56,662 nucleotides of DNA, from NCBI GenBank assembly GCA_018819345.1, contig JAHJQG010000040.1, forward strand, positions 1 to 56,662. Direction: 5' to 3'. Source of the DNA: Nanobdellota archaeon (GTDB lineage Archaea > Nanobdellota > Nanobdellia > Woesearchaeales > CG1-02-33-12). The notes beneath the pieces are model-generated. The model saw nothing but the letters and a program-made list of their open reading frames with translations. It was not told the origin of the DNA and did not search any database. Position numbers and translations under genes: made by a program. The first letter of the stretch is position 1. Every line of letters begins with the position of its first letter. Of the stretch, positions 1 to 9,097 are shown piece after piece.

Positions 1-1
1 G

Positions 2-136
2 GAAAAAGCAAGAGAGCTTGCAAAAAACCTGAATACAAATTTGACTGTAATAAGAAATGGCGGCCACCTGAATGAAAAATCAGGCTATGTAAGGTTTGAC
101 CTTCTTCTCGAGGAAATAAAGAACGAGCTATATTAA
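2..136 (+). CDS. 3' end of an ORF cut by the window edge; tail resembles YdeN/RBBP9-type alpha/beta serine hydrolases
   Basis: Frame-2 ORF open to the window start, TAA at 134-136. The tail VIRNGGHLNEKSGYVRFDLLLEEI resembles the GGH..G..F C-terminal motif of that family (memory only). Confidence 0.35.
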   Translation, partial: EKARELAKNLNTNLTVIRNGGHLNEKSGYVRFDLLLEEIKNELY

Positions 137-210
137 GTATTCACCAAGAAATTCTATAACCAAATCCTTTAATGGAAAGATTTATATTTATCTAGCTTAA
201 TTAAGAAAGC

Positions 211-633
211 ATGAAAATATACTTTGCAGGTGCGATAAGAGGGGGAAGACATGACATTGAGATTTACAAGCAGATTATTGAGCACCTTAAAAAACATGGC
301 GAGGTCCTAACAGAGCATGTAGGAAAAGATAATATATCCAAGGATGGCGAGATAAATCTTACAGACAAATACATACACAACAGGGATGTTAACTGGATTG
401 ATGAGTGTGATGTTTTTATTACAGAGGTTACAAGGCCATCCCACGGAGTTGGATATGAGGTAAGAACAGCAGTTGAAAAGAAAAAAAGGATTTTGTGCAT
501 CTACAGGCCAAAAGAACTAAAAAGGGTCTCAGCAATGATAGCAGGAGCACCAGGAATAAAAACCTCTCTATATAACACAATAGAAGACGCAAAGAAAATC
601 ATTGATAGATTCATAAAAGATGTTGAATCTTAA
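211..633 (+). CDS. 2'-deoxynucleoside 5'-phosphate N-hydrolase (DNPH1/Rcl-like, nucleoside 2-deoxyribosyltransferase fold)
   Basis: 140 aa. IYFAGAIRGGR ... LTEHV ... ITEVTRPSHGVGYE ... KRILCIYRP ... VSAMI aligns motif for motif with DNPH1 as I remember it. Confidence 0.75.
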   Translation: MKIYFAGAIRGGRHDIEIYKQIIEHLKKHGEVLTEHVGKDNISKDGEINLTDKYIHNRDVNWIDECDVFITEVTRPSHGVGYEVRTAVEKKKRILCIYRPKELKRVSAMIAGAPGIKTSLYNTIEDAKKIIDRFIKDVES

Positions 634-678
634 TAAATAATAAAAACATTTATATAATAAATATCCTAATTTCTTTTT

Positions 679-1986
679 ATGCAAGCTAAAACCAGAGATA
701 CTGTTGTTGTTGAGACAAAAGATAAGAAGTTAAATGGAATTCTTATGCCTGTTCCTGAGACTGAAAAGGATATTGTTATTCTTAAGCTGGAAAGTGGATA
801 TAATATTGGAATTGATAAAAAGAATATCAAGGCAATAAAACTTGTTAAAACTTTTGAAAGGAAAAAGGAAAAAACAGCAGAGGTAAAATTAAACAAAAAG
901 TTACCAACTATCTCAATACTTCACACAGGCGGAACAATAGCATCAAAAGTGGATTACAAAACAGGAGCTGTTAGTGCAAAATTCTCTCCAAGCGAGATTA
1001 TTGACATGTTTCCTGAGTTAAAGAAAATTGCAAACATAAAGTCAAGAAAGATAGCAAGCATGCAGTCTGAGATGATGAGGTTTGTGCATTATAATCTTAT
1101 GGCCAAGGAAATTGAAAAAGAGGTTAAAAAAGGTGTTAATGGAATAATAATAACCCATGGAACAGACACAATGCATTATACCTCTGCTGCATTATCATTT
1201 ATTTTAGAGGATTTACCTGTTCCTGTTATATTGGTTGGCTCGCAGAGAAGCTCTGACAGGGGCTCAACTGATGCTGGCTTAAACCTTGTATCTGCTTGTT
1301 ATTTTATTGCTAATTCTGATTTTGCAGATGTTGCTATATGCATGCATGAAAACCTTAATGATGAATCATGCTTAATCCTGCCCGCTTTAAAAACAAGAAA
1401 AATGCATACAAGCAGAAGAGATGCTTTTAGGCCAATAAACACAACCCCAATTGCAAGAGTTAATTTTAATGAGAAAAATATTTCCTTCATGAAAAAGGAT
1501 TATGATAAGAAAAATAAGAATAAAAAATTAAACTTGAAACTATTTAATGAAAAAACAAGGGTTGGCTTAATAAAAACACATACAAACATGTTTGCTGAGG
1601 AGTTTTTGGCTTACAAAGATTTTGATGGATTGGTTATTGAGGGCACTGGCCTCGGCCATCTGCCTAACGAGGAAATAGATGAGTACACAAAGGAAAACAA
1701 AAAAATCTTCAATGCATTAAGTGATATGATAAAAAAAGGCCTTGTTGCAGTCATGTCATCTCAAACAATTTATGGCAGATTGCAGATGAATGTTTACACT
1801 CCAATGAGAGAATTGCAGGAAATTGGAGTTTTGGGCCATCTAAGTGATATGACAGCTGAAACAACTTTCATAAAGCTGGCATGGCTTTTAAGCAACTACA
1901 AGAAAGAGGAAGTTAAACAACTAATCACAAAAAATCTTAGGGGAGAAATCTCTGAAAGAGTTGAAGATAAAACTTTTCTTAGCTGA
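679..1986 (+). CDS. gatD: Glu-tRNA(Gln) amidotransferase subunit D (asparaginase-like)
   Basis: 435 aa. HTGGTIASKVDYKTGAV and HGTDTM asparaginase motifs; archaeal N-terminal extension; gatE lies two genes downstream. Confidence 0.9.
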   Translation: MQAKTRDTVVVETKDKKLNGILMPVPETEKDIVILKLESGYNIGIDKKNIKAIKLVKTFERKKEKTAEVKLNKKLPTISILHTGGTIASKVDYKTGAVSAKFSPSEIIDMFPELKKIANIKSRKIASMQSEMMRFVHYNLMAKEIEKEVKKGVNGIIITHGTDTMHYTSAALSFILEDLPVPVILVGSQRSSDRGSTDAGLNLVSACYFIANSDFADVAICMHENLNDESCLILPALKTRKMHTSRRDAFRPINTTPIARVNFNEKNISFMKKDYDKKNKNKKLNLKLFNEKTRVGLIKTHTNMFAEEFLAYKDFDGLVIEGTGLGHLPNEEIDEYTKENKKIFNALSDMIKKGLVAVMSSQTIYGRLQMNVYTPMRELQEIGVLGHLSDMTAETTFIKLAWLLSNYKKEEVKQLITKNLRGEISERVEDKTFLS

Positions 1987-1989
1987 AAG

Positions 1990-2229
1990 ATGCAGTATAT
2001 TCTTGATTTATTGAACAAGATAAAGTGGGACAAGAACGAAAAGCCAGAAGATTATTCTATAGCTTATTTTGACAGGATAAGCAATAAAAAGGAAAATCTT
2101 AAATATAGTGAGATAAAAACAATTAAAAGGGGTTTTATTGTCTTGGATAAAAAAGATAAAGAGTCATATATCCCATTGCATAGAATAAGAGAGGTGAGGA
2201 AAAAAGGGGTTGTTATCTGGAAAAGGTAA
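1990..2229 (+). CDS. DUF504/UPF0248 small protein (MJ1316-type RNA cyclic-phosphate-end recognition domain)
   Basis: 79 aa ending IPLHRIREVRKKGVVIWKR, the typical IP.HRI..I...G..IW.R signature. Confidence 0.55.
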   Translation: MQYILDLLNKIKWDKNEKPEDYSIAYFDRISNKKENLKYSEIKTIKRGFIVLDKKDKESYIPLHRIREVRKKGVVIWKR

Positions 2230-2234
2230 TTTTC

Positions 2235-2894
2235 ATGAAAGAACTAATGTTAGTTGCACTTGCTGGAGCAAGCTGTTCTGGTAAAACAACAATAGCCAAA
2301 AAAATAGCAGAAAGAATAGAAGATATGAACAGATATCTTAGTGCTAATTTTACTGGCTTAACTATTAAGATGGATAATTACTACAATGACCAGAAACATA
2401 TTCCACCTGAAAAAAGGCCAGAAATAAACTATGACCATCCAAATGCATTTGACTGGCTTTTGATGTATAATCAGATTCGAGCACTGTCACAAAACAAAGA
2501 AATTGAAATGCCCCTTTACTGTTTTGATAATCATACCAGAAAGGAAGAGACAGAGACAAAATCTCCTTCAGATTTGATTATTGTTGAAGGAATTCTTACA
2601 TTATATAACGAGAAAATTTATGATTTAGTGGATTGTAAAATCTTTATTGAAACTGACATAAATAAATGCCGTGATAGGAGGCTTGAAAGAGATACAAATG
2701 AAAGGGGAAGAACACGTGAATCTGTTGTAAAACAGTGGGAAAAAACAGTTCTGCCAGGTTATGAAAAATATATACTTCCTTCAAGAGATATAGCAGACCT
2801 CATTATAAGAGGCGAGGGTAATAATGAAGAAGATATTAAAAGAGCAATGGTAAAAATAAAGTATTTCTTAATAAACAATCAGCAAGATTTATAA
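2235..2894 (+). CDS. udk: uridine kinase
   Basis: 219 aa. P-loop GASCSGKTT, DNYY, NYDHPNAFD and VEGIL motifs. Confidence 0.85.
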   Translation: MKELMLVALAGASCSGKTTIAKKIAERIEDMNRYLSANFTGLTIKMDNYYNDQKHIPPEKRPEINYDHPNAFDWLLMYNQIRALSQNKEIEMPLYCFDNHTRKEETETKSPSDLIIVEGILTLYNEKIYDLVDCKIFIETDINKCRDRRLERDTNERGRTRESVVKQWEKTVLPGYEKYILPSRDIADLIIRGEGNNEEDIKRAMVKIKYFLINNQQDL

Positions 2895-2917
2895 AGTTCT
2901 TATGTTTTTATTTAGTT

Positions 2918-4336
2918 ATGCAGTTAGACTATAAAAAGCTTAATTTCAAATGCGGAATTGAGATACATCAGCAGCTTGACACAAAAAAATTATTTTGTAA
3001 TTGTCCTTCTTTAATTAGGGATGACAAGCCAGATATTATTATAAAAAGAAGATTAAGAGCAAGTGCTGGCGAGAGCGGCGAGGTTGATGCTGCTGCATTG
3101 CATGAAGTAAAAAAGGAAAAACAGTTTATTTATCAGGCTTATTCTGATACAACATGCCTTGTTGAACTGGATGAAGAGCCGCCGCATGATGTAAATAAAC
3201 AAGCATTGGAAATTAGTTTGCAAATAGCTTTAATGCTTAATGCAAAGATTGTTGACAAAATTTGTTTTATGAGAAAAACAGTTGTTGACGGATCAAACAC
3301 TTCCGGCTTTCAAAGGACAGCTTTAATTGCAACAGATGGCTTTATTGAAACATCAAAAGGCAAAGTTAAAATTGAAACCATTTGCTTAGAAGAAGAGGCT
3401 GCAAAGATTGTCAAGAGAACTAAAAAAGAAGATACATATAATCTTTCAAGATTAGGAATTCCATTGATTGAGATTGCTACTTCGCCAGATATAAAAGATC
3501 CAGAGCACTGCATGGAAACTGCAAAAAAGCTAGGAATGATTTTAAGATCAACAAACAAAGTGAAACGAGGTTTAGGAACAATAAGGCAGGATGTTAATCT
3601 TTCTATAAAAGGAAAATCAAGAGTTGAAATAAAGGGTTTTCAGGATTTAAGAAATATGCCAAAAATTATTGAGAATGAGGCAAGAAGGCATCTTGAACTA
3701 TTGGAAAAGGGGCAGGAGCTAAAAAAAGAAGTTAGAAAAGCAAATAAAGACTTGACAACGAGCTTTATGAGGCCAATGCCCGGCTCTGCAAGGATGTATC
3801 CTGAGACTGATATTAAGACTATAAGGCCGGATATAAGCAAAATAAAGATTCCAGAGCTGATAACAGACAAATCAGAAAAGCTTGAAAAAGATTTCAACTT
3901 AAACAAGGATCTGGCAGACCTAATAACAAAATCAGGAAAAATTGACTTCTTCATAAGCCTTGCAAATAAATACAAGAACATAAAGCCATTATTTATTGCA
4001 GATATTTTAATGAACTCTGGAAAAGAAATAAAAAGAAGGTATAATAAAGAGATTGATGCAAGCAGGCATATTGAAGAAATTCTTGAACATCTTAATAAAG
4101 GAAAAATATCAAAAGAAGCTGTTTTTGAGATTCTGGTTGAGAAAGCAAATGGAAAAAAGATTGACTATAAAAAATATCTTTTAATGAGCGATGAGGAAAT
4201 AAAGAAAATTCTTAAAGAGATAATTGCAAAGAACAAGGGCGCTCCATTCAATGCTTTGATGGGCCAGGCAATGGCCAAATTAAGAGGCAAGGCAGACGGG
4301 AAAAAGATAGTTGAATTGTTGAAAAAGTTAGTTTAA
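2918..4336 (+). CDS. gatE: Glu-tRNA(Gln) amidotransferase subunit E, short form lacking the AspRS-like insertion domain
   Basis: 472 aa. CGIEIHQQLDTKKLFCNCPS, RQDVNLSI and RPMPGSARMYPETD motifs plus a YqeY-like tail. Only about 25 aa sit where GatE normally has a roughly 120-aa insertion. Confidence 0.8.
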   Translation: MQLDYKKLNFKCGIEIHQQLDTKKLFCNCPSLIRDDKPDIIIKRRLRASAGESGEVDAAALHEVKKEKQFIYQAYSDTTCLVELDEEPPHDVNKQALEISLQIALMLNAKIVDKICFMRKTVVDGSNTSGFQRTALIATDGFIETSKGKVKIETICLEEEAAKIVKRTKKEDTYNLSRLGIPLIEIATSPDIKDPEHCMETAKKLGMILRSTNKVKRGLGTIRQDVNLSIKGKSRVEIKGFQDLRNMPKIIENEARRHLELLEKGQELKKEVRKANKDLTTSFMRPMPGSARMYPETDIKTIRPDISKIKIPELITDKSEKLEKDFNLNKDLADLITKSGKIDFFISLANKYKNIKPLFIADILMNSGKEIKRRYNKEIDASRHIEEILEHLNKGKISKEAVFEILVEKANGKKIDYKKYLLMSDEEIKKILKEIIAKNKGAPFNALMGQAMAKLRGKADGKKIVELLKKLV

Positions 4337-4411
4337 TTCTAATATATATACTTTAGTTTAACTAAATTTATAAATCAATTCAAATACCTTTTCAGATGAG
4401 GGGTAGTTGAA

Positions 4412-7030
4412 ATGAAAAAAAAGAAATATGTATATTTTTTTGGTGAAGGCGGAAAAGAGATGAAAGCTCTTTTGGGTGGAAAAGGCGCTAACCTAAGCGA
4501 GATGACAAAAATAGGAATACCAGTGCCACAGGGCTTCACAATCACAACAGAGGTCTGCAACTTATATTCTAAGAACAATAAGGAATATCCAGAGGGACTG
4601 GATGTTGAGATAGAAGCTAACATGAATAAGCTTGAGGAAAAAACAGGAAAAAAATTTGGAAACAAGAAAAATCCTTTGCTTGTTTCTGTAAGGTCTGGAG
4701 CAGCTGTTTCAATGCCTGGTATGATGGATACTATTCTCAATCTTGGATTAAACCCAGATACAGTGCAGGGGCTTATAGAGCTCACAAAAAACGAGAGATT
4801 TGTATTGGATTCTTACAGAAGATTCATACAGATGTTTGGAAATGTTGTGCTTGGAATATCGAGTGAAAACTTTGAGAAAATATTAGAAGAGGTAAAAGAA
4901 GAAAATAAGATTAAGCTTGATACAGAGCTTAATATTAAAGCATTGCAAAAGATTGTTGAGCTTTACAAGGCAAAGGTCAAAGAAGTAACAAATGAGGATT
5001 TTCCAGAAAAGCCAAACATACAATTGAATATGGCAATAAATGCTGTTTTTGACTCATGGAACAATGAAAGGGCAATTGCATATCGCAAGCTAAATGACAT
5101 TCCGGATAATCTTGGAACAGCTGTTAACATACAGTCAATGGTCTTTGGAAACATGGGAAATGATTCTGGAACAGGTGTTGCATTTACTAGGAATCCAAGC
5201 ACTGGAGAGAAAAGATTTTTTGGTGAATACCTTATGAATGCCCAGGGCGAGGATGTTGTTGCAGGAATAAGAACACCAAAAGAAATTGAGAAGCTAAAAA
5301 AAGACATGCCCCCTGTTTATAATCAGCTTGTTGATGTATATAAAAAACTGGAATTACACTATAAAGATATGCAGGATATTGAGTTTACAATAGAGAAAGG
5401 AAAATTATTTCTGCTTCAGACAAGAACAGGAAAGAGAACAGCCCATGCAGCTGTAAAAGTAGCTGTTGATATGGTTGATGAAGGCTTAATAACAAAACAA
5501 GATGCTGTCTTGAGAGTAGAGCCAAACCAGCTTGACCAGCTTTTGCACAAGACAATTGATCCAAAGGCAAAACTTGAGGTTATTGCAAAAGGGCTTCCAG
5601 CTTCACCAGGAGCAGCTGTTGGCTCTGTTGTTTTTGATGCAAAAAAAGCACATGACCTTAATGAAGAAGGAAAGAAAGTAATTCTTGTAAGAAATGAAAC
5701 AAGCCCAGAGGATATTGAGGGAATGGCTGCTGCACAGGGAATTTTAACTGCCCGAGGAGGAATGACCTCTCATGCAGCTGTTGTAGCCAGGGGAATGGGA
5801 AAGTGTTGTATTGCTGGATGTGAAAAAATAAGAATAAATGAAAAAACAAAAGAGTTCAAGATTGGTGATGTCGTTATTAAGGAAAATGACACAATAACAT
5901 TAAATGGGAACACAGGAGAAGTAATTTTAGGAGAAGTTAGGTTAATAGACCCTGAGCTAAAGGGAGAATTCAAAACATTGATGCAATGGGCTGACTCATA
6001 CAGAACATTGGGTGTAAGAACAAATGCTGACACTCCTCATGATGCCAAAATATCTGTTGAGTTTGGTGCAGAAGGTATAGGACTTTGCAGGACAGAGCAC
6101 ATGTTCTTCCAGGAGGACAGGATAAAAGCTGTCAGGGAAATGATTTTAGCAGAGGATATTGTAGGAAGGAAAAAAGCACTTGACAAGCTTTTGCCAATGC
6201 AGAAATCAGATTTTATTGGAATATTCAAGGCAATGAAAGGTCTTCCAGTTACAATAAGATTATTAGATCCTCCATTGCATGAATTTTTGCCGCAGGCAAA
6301 GGATGATATAAAATATCTTGCCCATGAAATGGGTGTTACAGAGGAGAAAATAGAAGAAAAAATAACAGCACTGCATGAGATGAATCCAATGCTTGGTCAT
6401 CGCGGATGCAGATTAGCTATTACCTATCCAGAGATAGCAGAGATGCAGGTTAAGGCAATATTTGAAGCTAGCTGCGAGCTTGTAAAGCAGGGCATAAAAG
6501 TAATGCCTGAGGTGATGATTCCATTGGTTGGAGCATTAAAAGAATTCACAATATTAAAAAAGCTCGCAAAAAACAAGGCTGATGAGATAATTAAAGATTA
6601 TGGTGTTGAGCTGGATTACAAGATAGGCACAATGATAGAGATACCTAGGGCATGCATAATAGCTGACCAGATTGCTCATGAAGCAGAGTTTTTCTCTTTT
6701 GGAACAAATGACTTAACACAAATGACATTTGGCTTTAGCAGGGATGATGTTGGAAAGTTTGTTCCTGAATATATTGAAAAGGGAATCCTTGAGAAAGACC
6801 CATTCCAGGTTCTTGATAAAGAAGGTGTTGGAAGCCTTGTTAAGATGGGTGTTGAAAAAGGCCGCAAAGCAAGAAAAGACCTTAAGATTGGAATCTGCGG
6901 AGAGCACGGCGGTGAGCCAAGCTCTGTTGAATTCTGCCATAAGGCAAAAATGAATTATGTAAGCTGCTCACCCTATAGAATTCCAATTGCAAGGCTTGCA
7001 GCTGCACATGCAAAACTCAAAGAGAAATAA
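4412..7030 (+). CDS. ppdK: pyruvate, phosphate dikinase
   Basis: 872 aa. GGKGANLSEM, the phosphohistidine region GGMTSHAAVVARG and the PEP-utilising C-terminal GICGE. Confidence 0.95.
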   Translation: MKKKKYVYFFGEGGKEMKALLGGKGANLSEMTKIGIPVPQGFTITTEVCNLYSKNNKEYPEGLDVEIEANMNKLEEKTGKKFGNKKNPLLVSVRSGAAVSMPGMMDTILNLGLNPDTVQGLIELTKNERFVLDSYRRFIQMFGNVVLGISSENFEKILEEVKEENKIKLDTELNIKALQKIVELYKAKVKEVTNEDFPEKPNIQLNMAINAVFDSWNNERAIAYRKLNDIPDNLGTAVNIQSMVFGNMGNDSGTGVAFTRNPSTGEKRFFGEYLMNAQGEDVVAGIRTPKEIEKLKKDMPPVYNQLVDVYKKLELHYKDMQDIEFTIEKGKLFLLQTRTGKRTAHAAVKVAVDMVDEGLITKQDAVLRVEPNQLDQLLHKTIDPKAKLEVIAKGLPASPGAAVGSVVFDAKKAHDLNEEGKKVILVRNETSPEDIEGMAAAQGILTARGGMTSHAAVVARGMGKCCIAGCEKIRINEKTKEFKIGDVVIKENDTITLNGNTGEVILGEVRLIDPELKGEFKTLMQWADSYRTLGVRTNADTPHDAKISVEFGAEGIGLCRTEHMFFQEDRIKAVREMILAEDIVGRKKALDKLLPMQKSDFIGIFKAMKGLPVTIRLLDPPLHEFLPQAKDDIKYLAHEMGVTEEKIEEKITALHEMNPMLGHRGCRLAITYPEIAEMQVKAIFEASCELVKQGIKVMPEVMIPLVGALKEFTILKKLAKNKADEIIKDYGVELDYKIGTMIEIPRACIIADQIAHEAEFFSFGTNDLTQMTFGFSRDDVGKFVPEYIEKGILEKDPFQVLDKEGVGSLVKMGVEKGRKARKDLKIGICGEHGGEPSSVEFCHKAKMNYVSCSPYRIPIARLAAAHAKLKEK

Positions 7031-7033
7031 TTT

Positions 7034-8506
7034 TTATTTTTCTTCTTCTGGCTTCATCATTGGGAATAAAACAACATCCCTTACAGTTGGCTGGTTTGTC
7101 AGTATGGCCAGCAGTCTGTCAATGCCCAAGCCAAAGCCAGCTGTTGGAGGCATTCCTATTTCCAGGGCTTCAATAAAGTCCTGGTCCATCATCTGGGCCT
7201 CTTCATCTCCTGCTGCCCTTAGTTTCATCTGCTCTTCAAATCTTTCTTTCTGGTCAATTGGGTCATTTAACTCTGTGAATGCATTTACAATCTCTGAGCC
7301 TGCAACCAGTGCCTGAAATCTTTGTGTAAGTTTAGGATTGTCTTTGTGCTTTTTTGCAAGAGGAGAAATATCAATTGGATGATCTATTAAAAAGCATGGC
7401 TGTATAAGCTTTGGCCTTATATACTGCTTATATAACTGGTCTATTATACGGCCACGGCCAAGATTCTCGTCAATATCTATTTTAAGGCCCTTTTTTCTTA
7501 TAGCAGCTATAAGTTTTTCCTTAGTATCCTCTTTATTTAAATCAAGGCCTGTTTCTTCCTTCATTATTTTTGTGTAATCTATTTTTTTCCATTTCTTGCC
7601 TAAATCAATCGTTTTGTTGTTGTAGTTGATTTTAAGGGTGTTGAATGTTTGCTTTATTACTGTCTGTAAAAACCTTTCAGTGAAATCCATTAGCTCATTA
7701 TAATCCATGTAAGCAGCATAAAACTCAAGCATGGTGAATTCCTGCAGATGCTGAGTAGATAAGCCCTCATTCCTAAACACCTTTCCAATTTCATAAACCC
7801 TTTCATAGCCACCAACAATAAGCCTTTTCAGATGAAGCTCTAATGAGATTCTCAGATACATATCCATATCAAGAGTATTATGATGTGTTATGAATGGCCT
7901 AGCATCAGCACCACCTGGAACTAATTCAAGAACAGGAGTTTCAACCTCTAAAAACTTGTTTTCCTCAAGAAATTTCCTTAAATTAGTTATGAATTTTGCT
8001 CTTATGATGAAGAAGTCAAAAATCTTTCTGTTTGAGATTAAGTCAATATACCTCTTTCTGTATCTTATTTCCTGATCTTTGAGGCCGTGCCATTTTTCTG
8101 GCAGCTGTGCTAGGCTTTTTGTCAGTAATTGGAATGAATCAACATGGATAGTTATTTCTCCTGTTTTTGTCATGAAAACAGTTCCCTTGATTCCTATTAT
8201 ATCGCCAATGTCCAATAATTTTAATTTCTTGTATTCTTGTTTTCCAATATCATCCTGCCTGAAATATAATTGTATTTTTCCTTGTTTATCTGATAGGTTC
8301 ATGAAGCAGGCTTTTCCCATTGGCCTGTTCTGCATTATCCTGCCAGCAATAGAAACTTTCTTTTTAGTATGCTCTCCTTTAGAAATATTTTTGAATTTGG
8401 TTTTGATTTCCCTGCTGTCTGAATCAACCTTAAACACGCTTGGGTAAGGGTCTATTCCTTTTTCATAAATCCTGTCTAGTTTCTCTTTCTTGGTTTTGTT
8501 TATCAT
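7034..8506 (-). CDS. lysS: lysyl-tRNA synthetase, class II
   Basis: 490 aa. OB anticodon-binding N-domain and class II motifs (FRNEG, GGADARPF, GIDRL). Confidence 0.95.
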   Translation of the reverse strand: MINKTKKEKLDRIYEKGIDPYPSVFKVDSDSREIKTKFKNISKGEHTKKKVSIAGRIMQNRPMGKACFMNLSDKQGKIQLYFRQDDIGKQEYKKLKLLDIGDIIGIKGTVFMTKTGEITIHVDSFQLLTKSLAQLPEKWHGLKDQEIRYRKRYIDLISNRKIFDFFIIRAKFITNLRKFLEENKFLEVETPVLELVPGGADARPFITHHNTLDMDMYLRISLELHLKRLIVGGYERVYEIGKVFRNEGLSTQHLQEFTMLEFYAAYMDYNELMDFTERFLQTVIKQTFNTLKINYNNKTIDLGKKWKKIDYTKIMKEETGLDLNKEDTKEKLIAAIRKKGLKIDIDENLGRGRIIDQLYKQYIRPKLIQPCFLIDHPIDISPLAKKHKDNPKLTQRFQALVAGSEIVNAFTELNDPIDQKERFEEQMKLRAAGDEEAQMMDQDFIEALEIGMPPTAGFGLGIDRLLAILTNQPTVRDVVLFPMMKPEEEK

Positions 8507-8640
8507 TTTATTTTTATTATCTTAAATTATTTATAAATGTTGCTAATTTTTAGGGAATAAATTAGATTTTTAAAAGAAAAAGAAATTAGAAAAATAAAAA
8601 AGTTTTAATTAAATCACATCAAAGTCCCTGTATATAAAAG

Positions 8641-8988
8641 TTATAAGTCTTTAAACTTTTGAGATATCTCTTTTTTAATTTTATCAAATTCTGGCAATTC
8701 GCCAATCATTAGATTTTTAAGATCTATCTGCCATAGGTTTCTCATCATCTCAATCTTCTCTCTAAATTCTTTAAAGTCAAATTCTGTATTATAAAGTGCC
8801 AATTTTTTGTTTATCAAATTCTTATTGGGAATAATTTTTTTCTGCCTTTCATTCAATTTACTAACTATGTTCTCATCAATCTCAATAAAGGCCGGCTCTT
8901 TAATCTTCGATTCAAAGATAATTTTAGTTTCAACAGGATGTAATCTGTAATAAGGCTCTTTATTGCCTAATTGGTTACCTAAAAACAT
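8641..8988 (-). CDS. orphan C-terminal cassette ORF. Its first ~30 codons duplicate an internal segment of the upstream COG2865 gene.
   Basis: 115 aa starting MFLGNQLGNKEPYYRLHPVETKIIFESKIKEPAFIEI, compared with WGNKEPYYRLHPVETKIIFESKIKEPTFIDI inside 9097-10527. Nucleotides 8891-8968 are near-identical to 9391-9466. The remainder is unique and non-HTH. Confidence 0.5.
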   Translation of the reverse strand: MFLGNQLGNKEPYYRLHPVETKIIFESKIKEPAFIEIDENIVSKLNERQKKIIPNKNLINKKLALYNTEFDFKEFREKIEMMRNLWQIDLKNLMIGELPEFDKIKKEISQKFKDL

Positions 8989-9097
8989 GATATACCAACC
9001 TCCCTTTACCTTTTCTTACCAAAATATTTTCTTTTACAAGCTGGTTTAATTCCATTAAAGATATTCTCTTTGAGATAGAATTTACTTTTCTATGCAT
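8975..9097 (-). CDS. 40-aa ORF encoding only a winged-helix recognition helix and wing (orphan fragment or pseudogene)
   Basis: Its ATG overlaps the TAA of the upstream gene (TAATG). MHRKVNSISKRISLMELNQLVKENILVRKGKGRLVYHVFR parallels the C-terminal wHTH of COG2865 proteins. Conserved at 16061-16186. Confidence 0.3.
   Translation of the reverse strand: MHRKVNSISKRISLMELNQLVKENILVRKGKGRLVYHVFR

Noticed and set aside
4375-8447. Numerous antisense or out-of-frame ORFs inside ppdK and lysS (for example 4375-4785, 6987-7316, 8079-8447), and similar ones inside other long genes
   Set aside because: They overlap strongly supported genes on the opposite strand or in another frame. Their S/F/L/I-rich low-complexity translations are typical of shadow frames.
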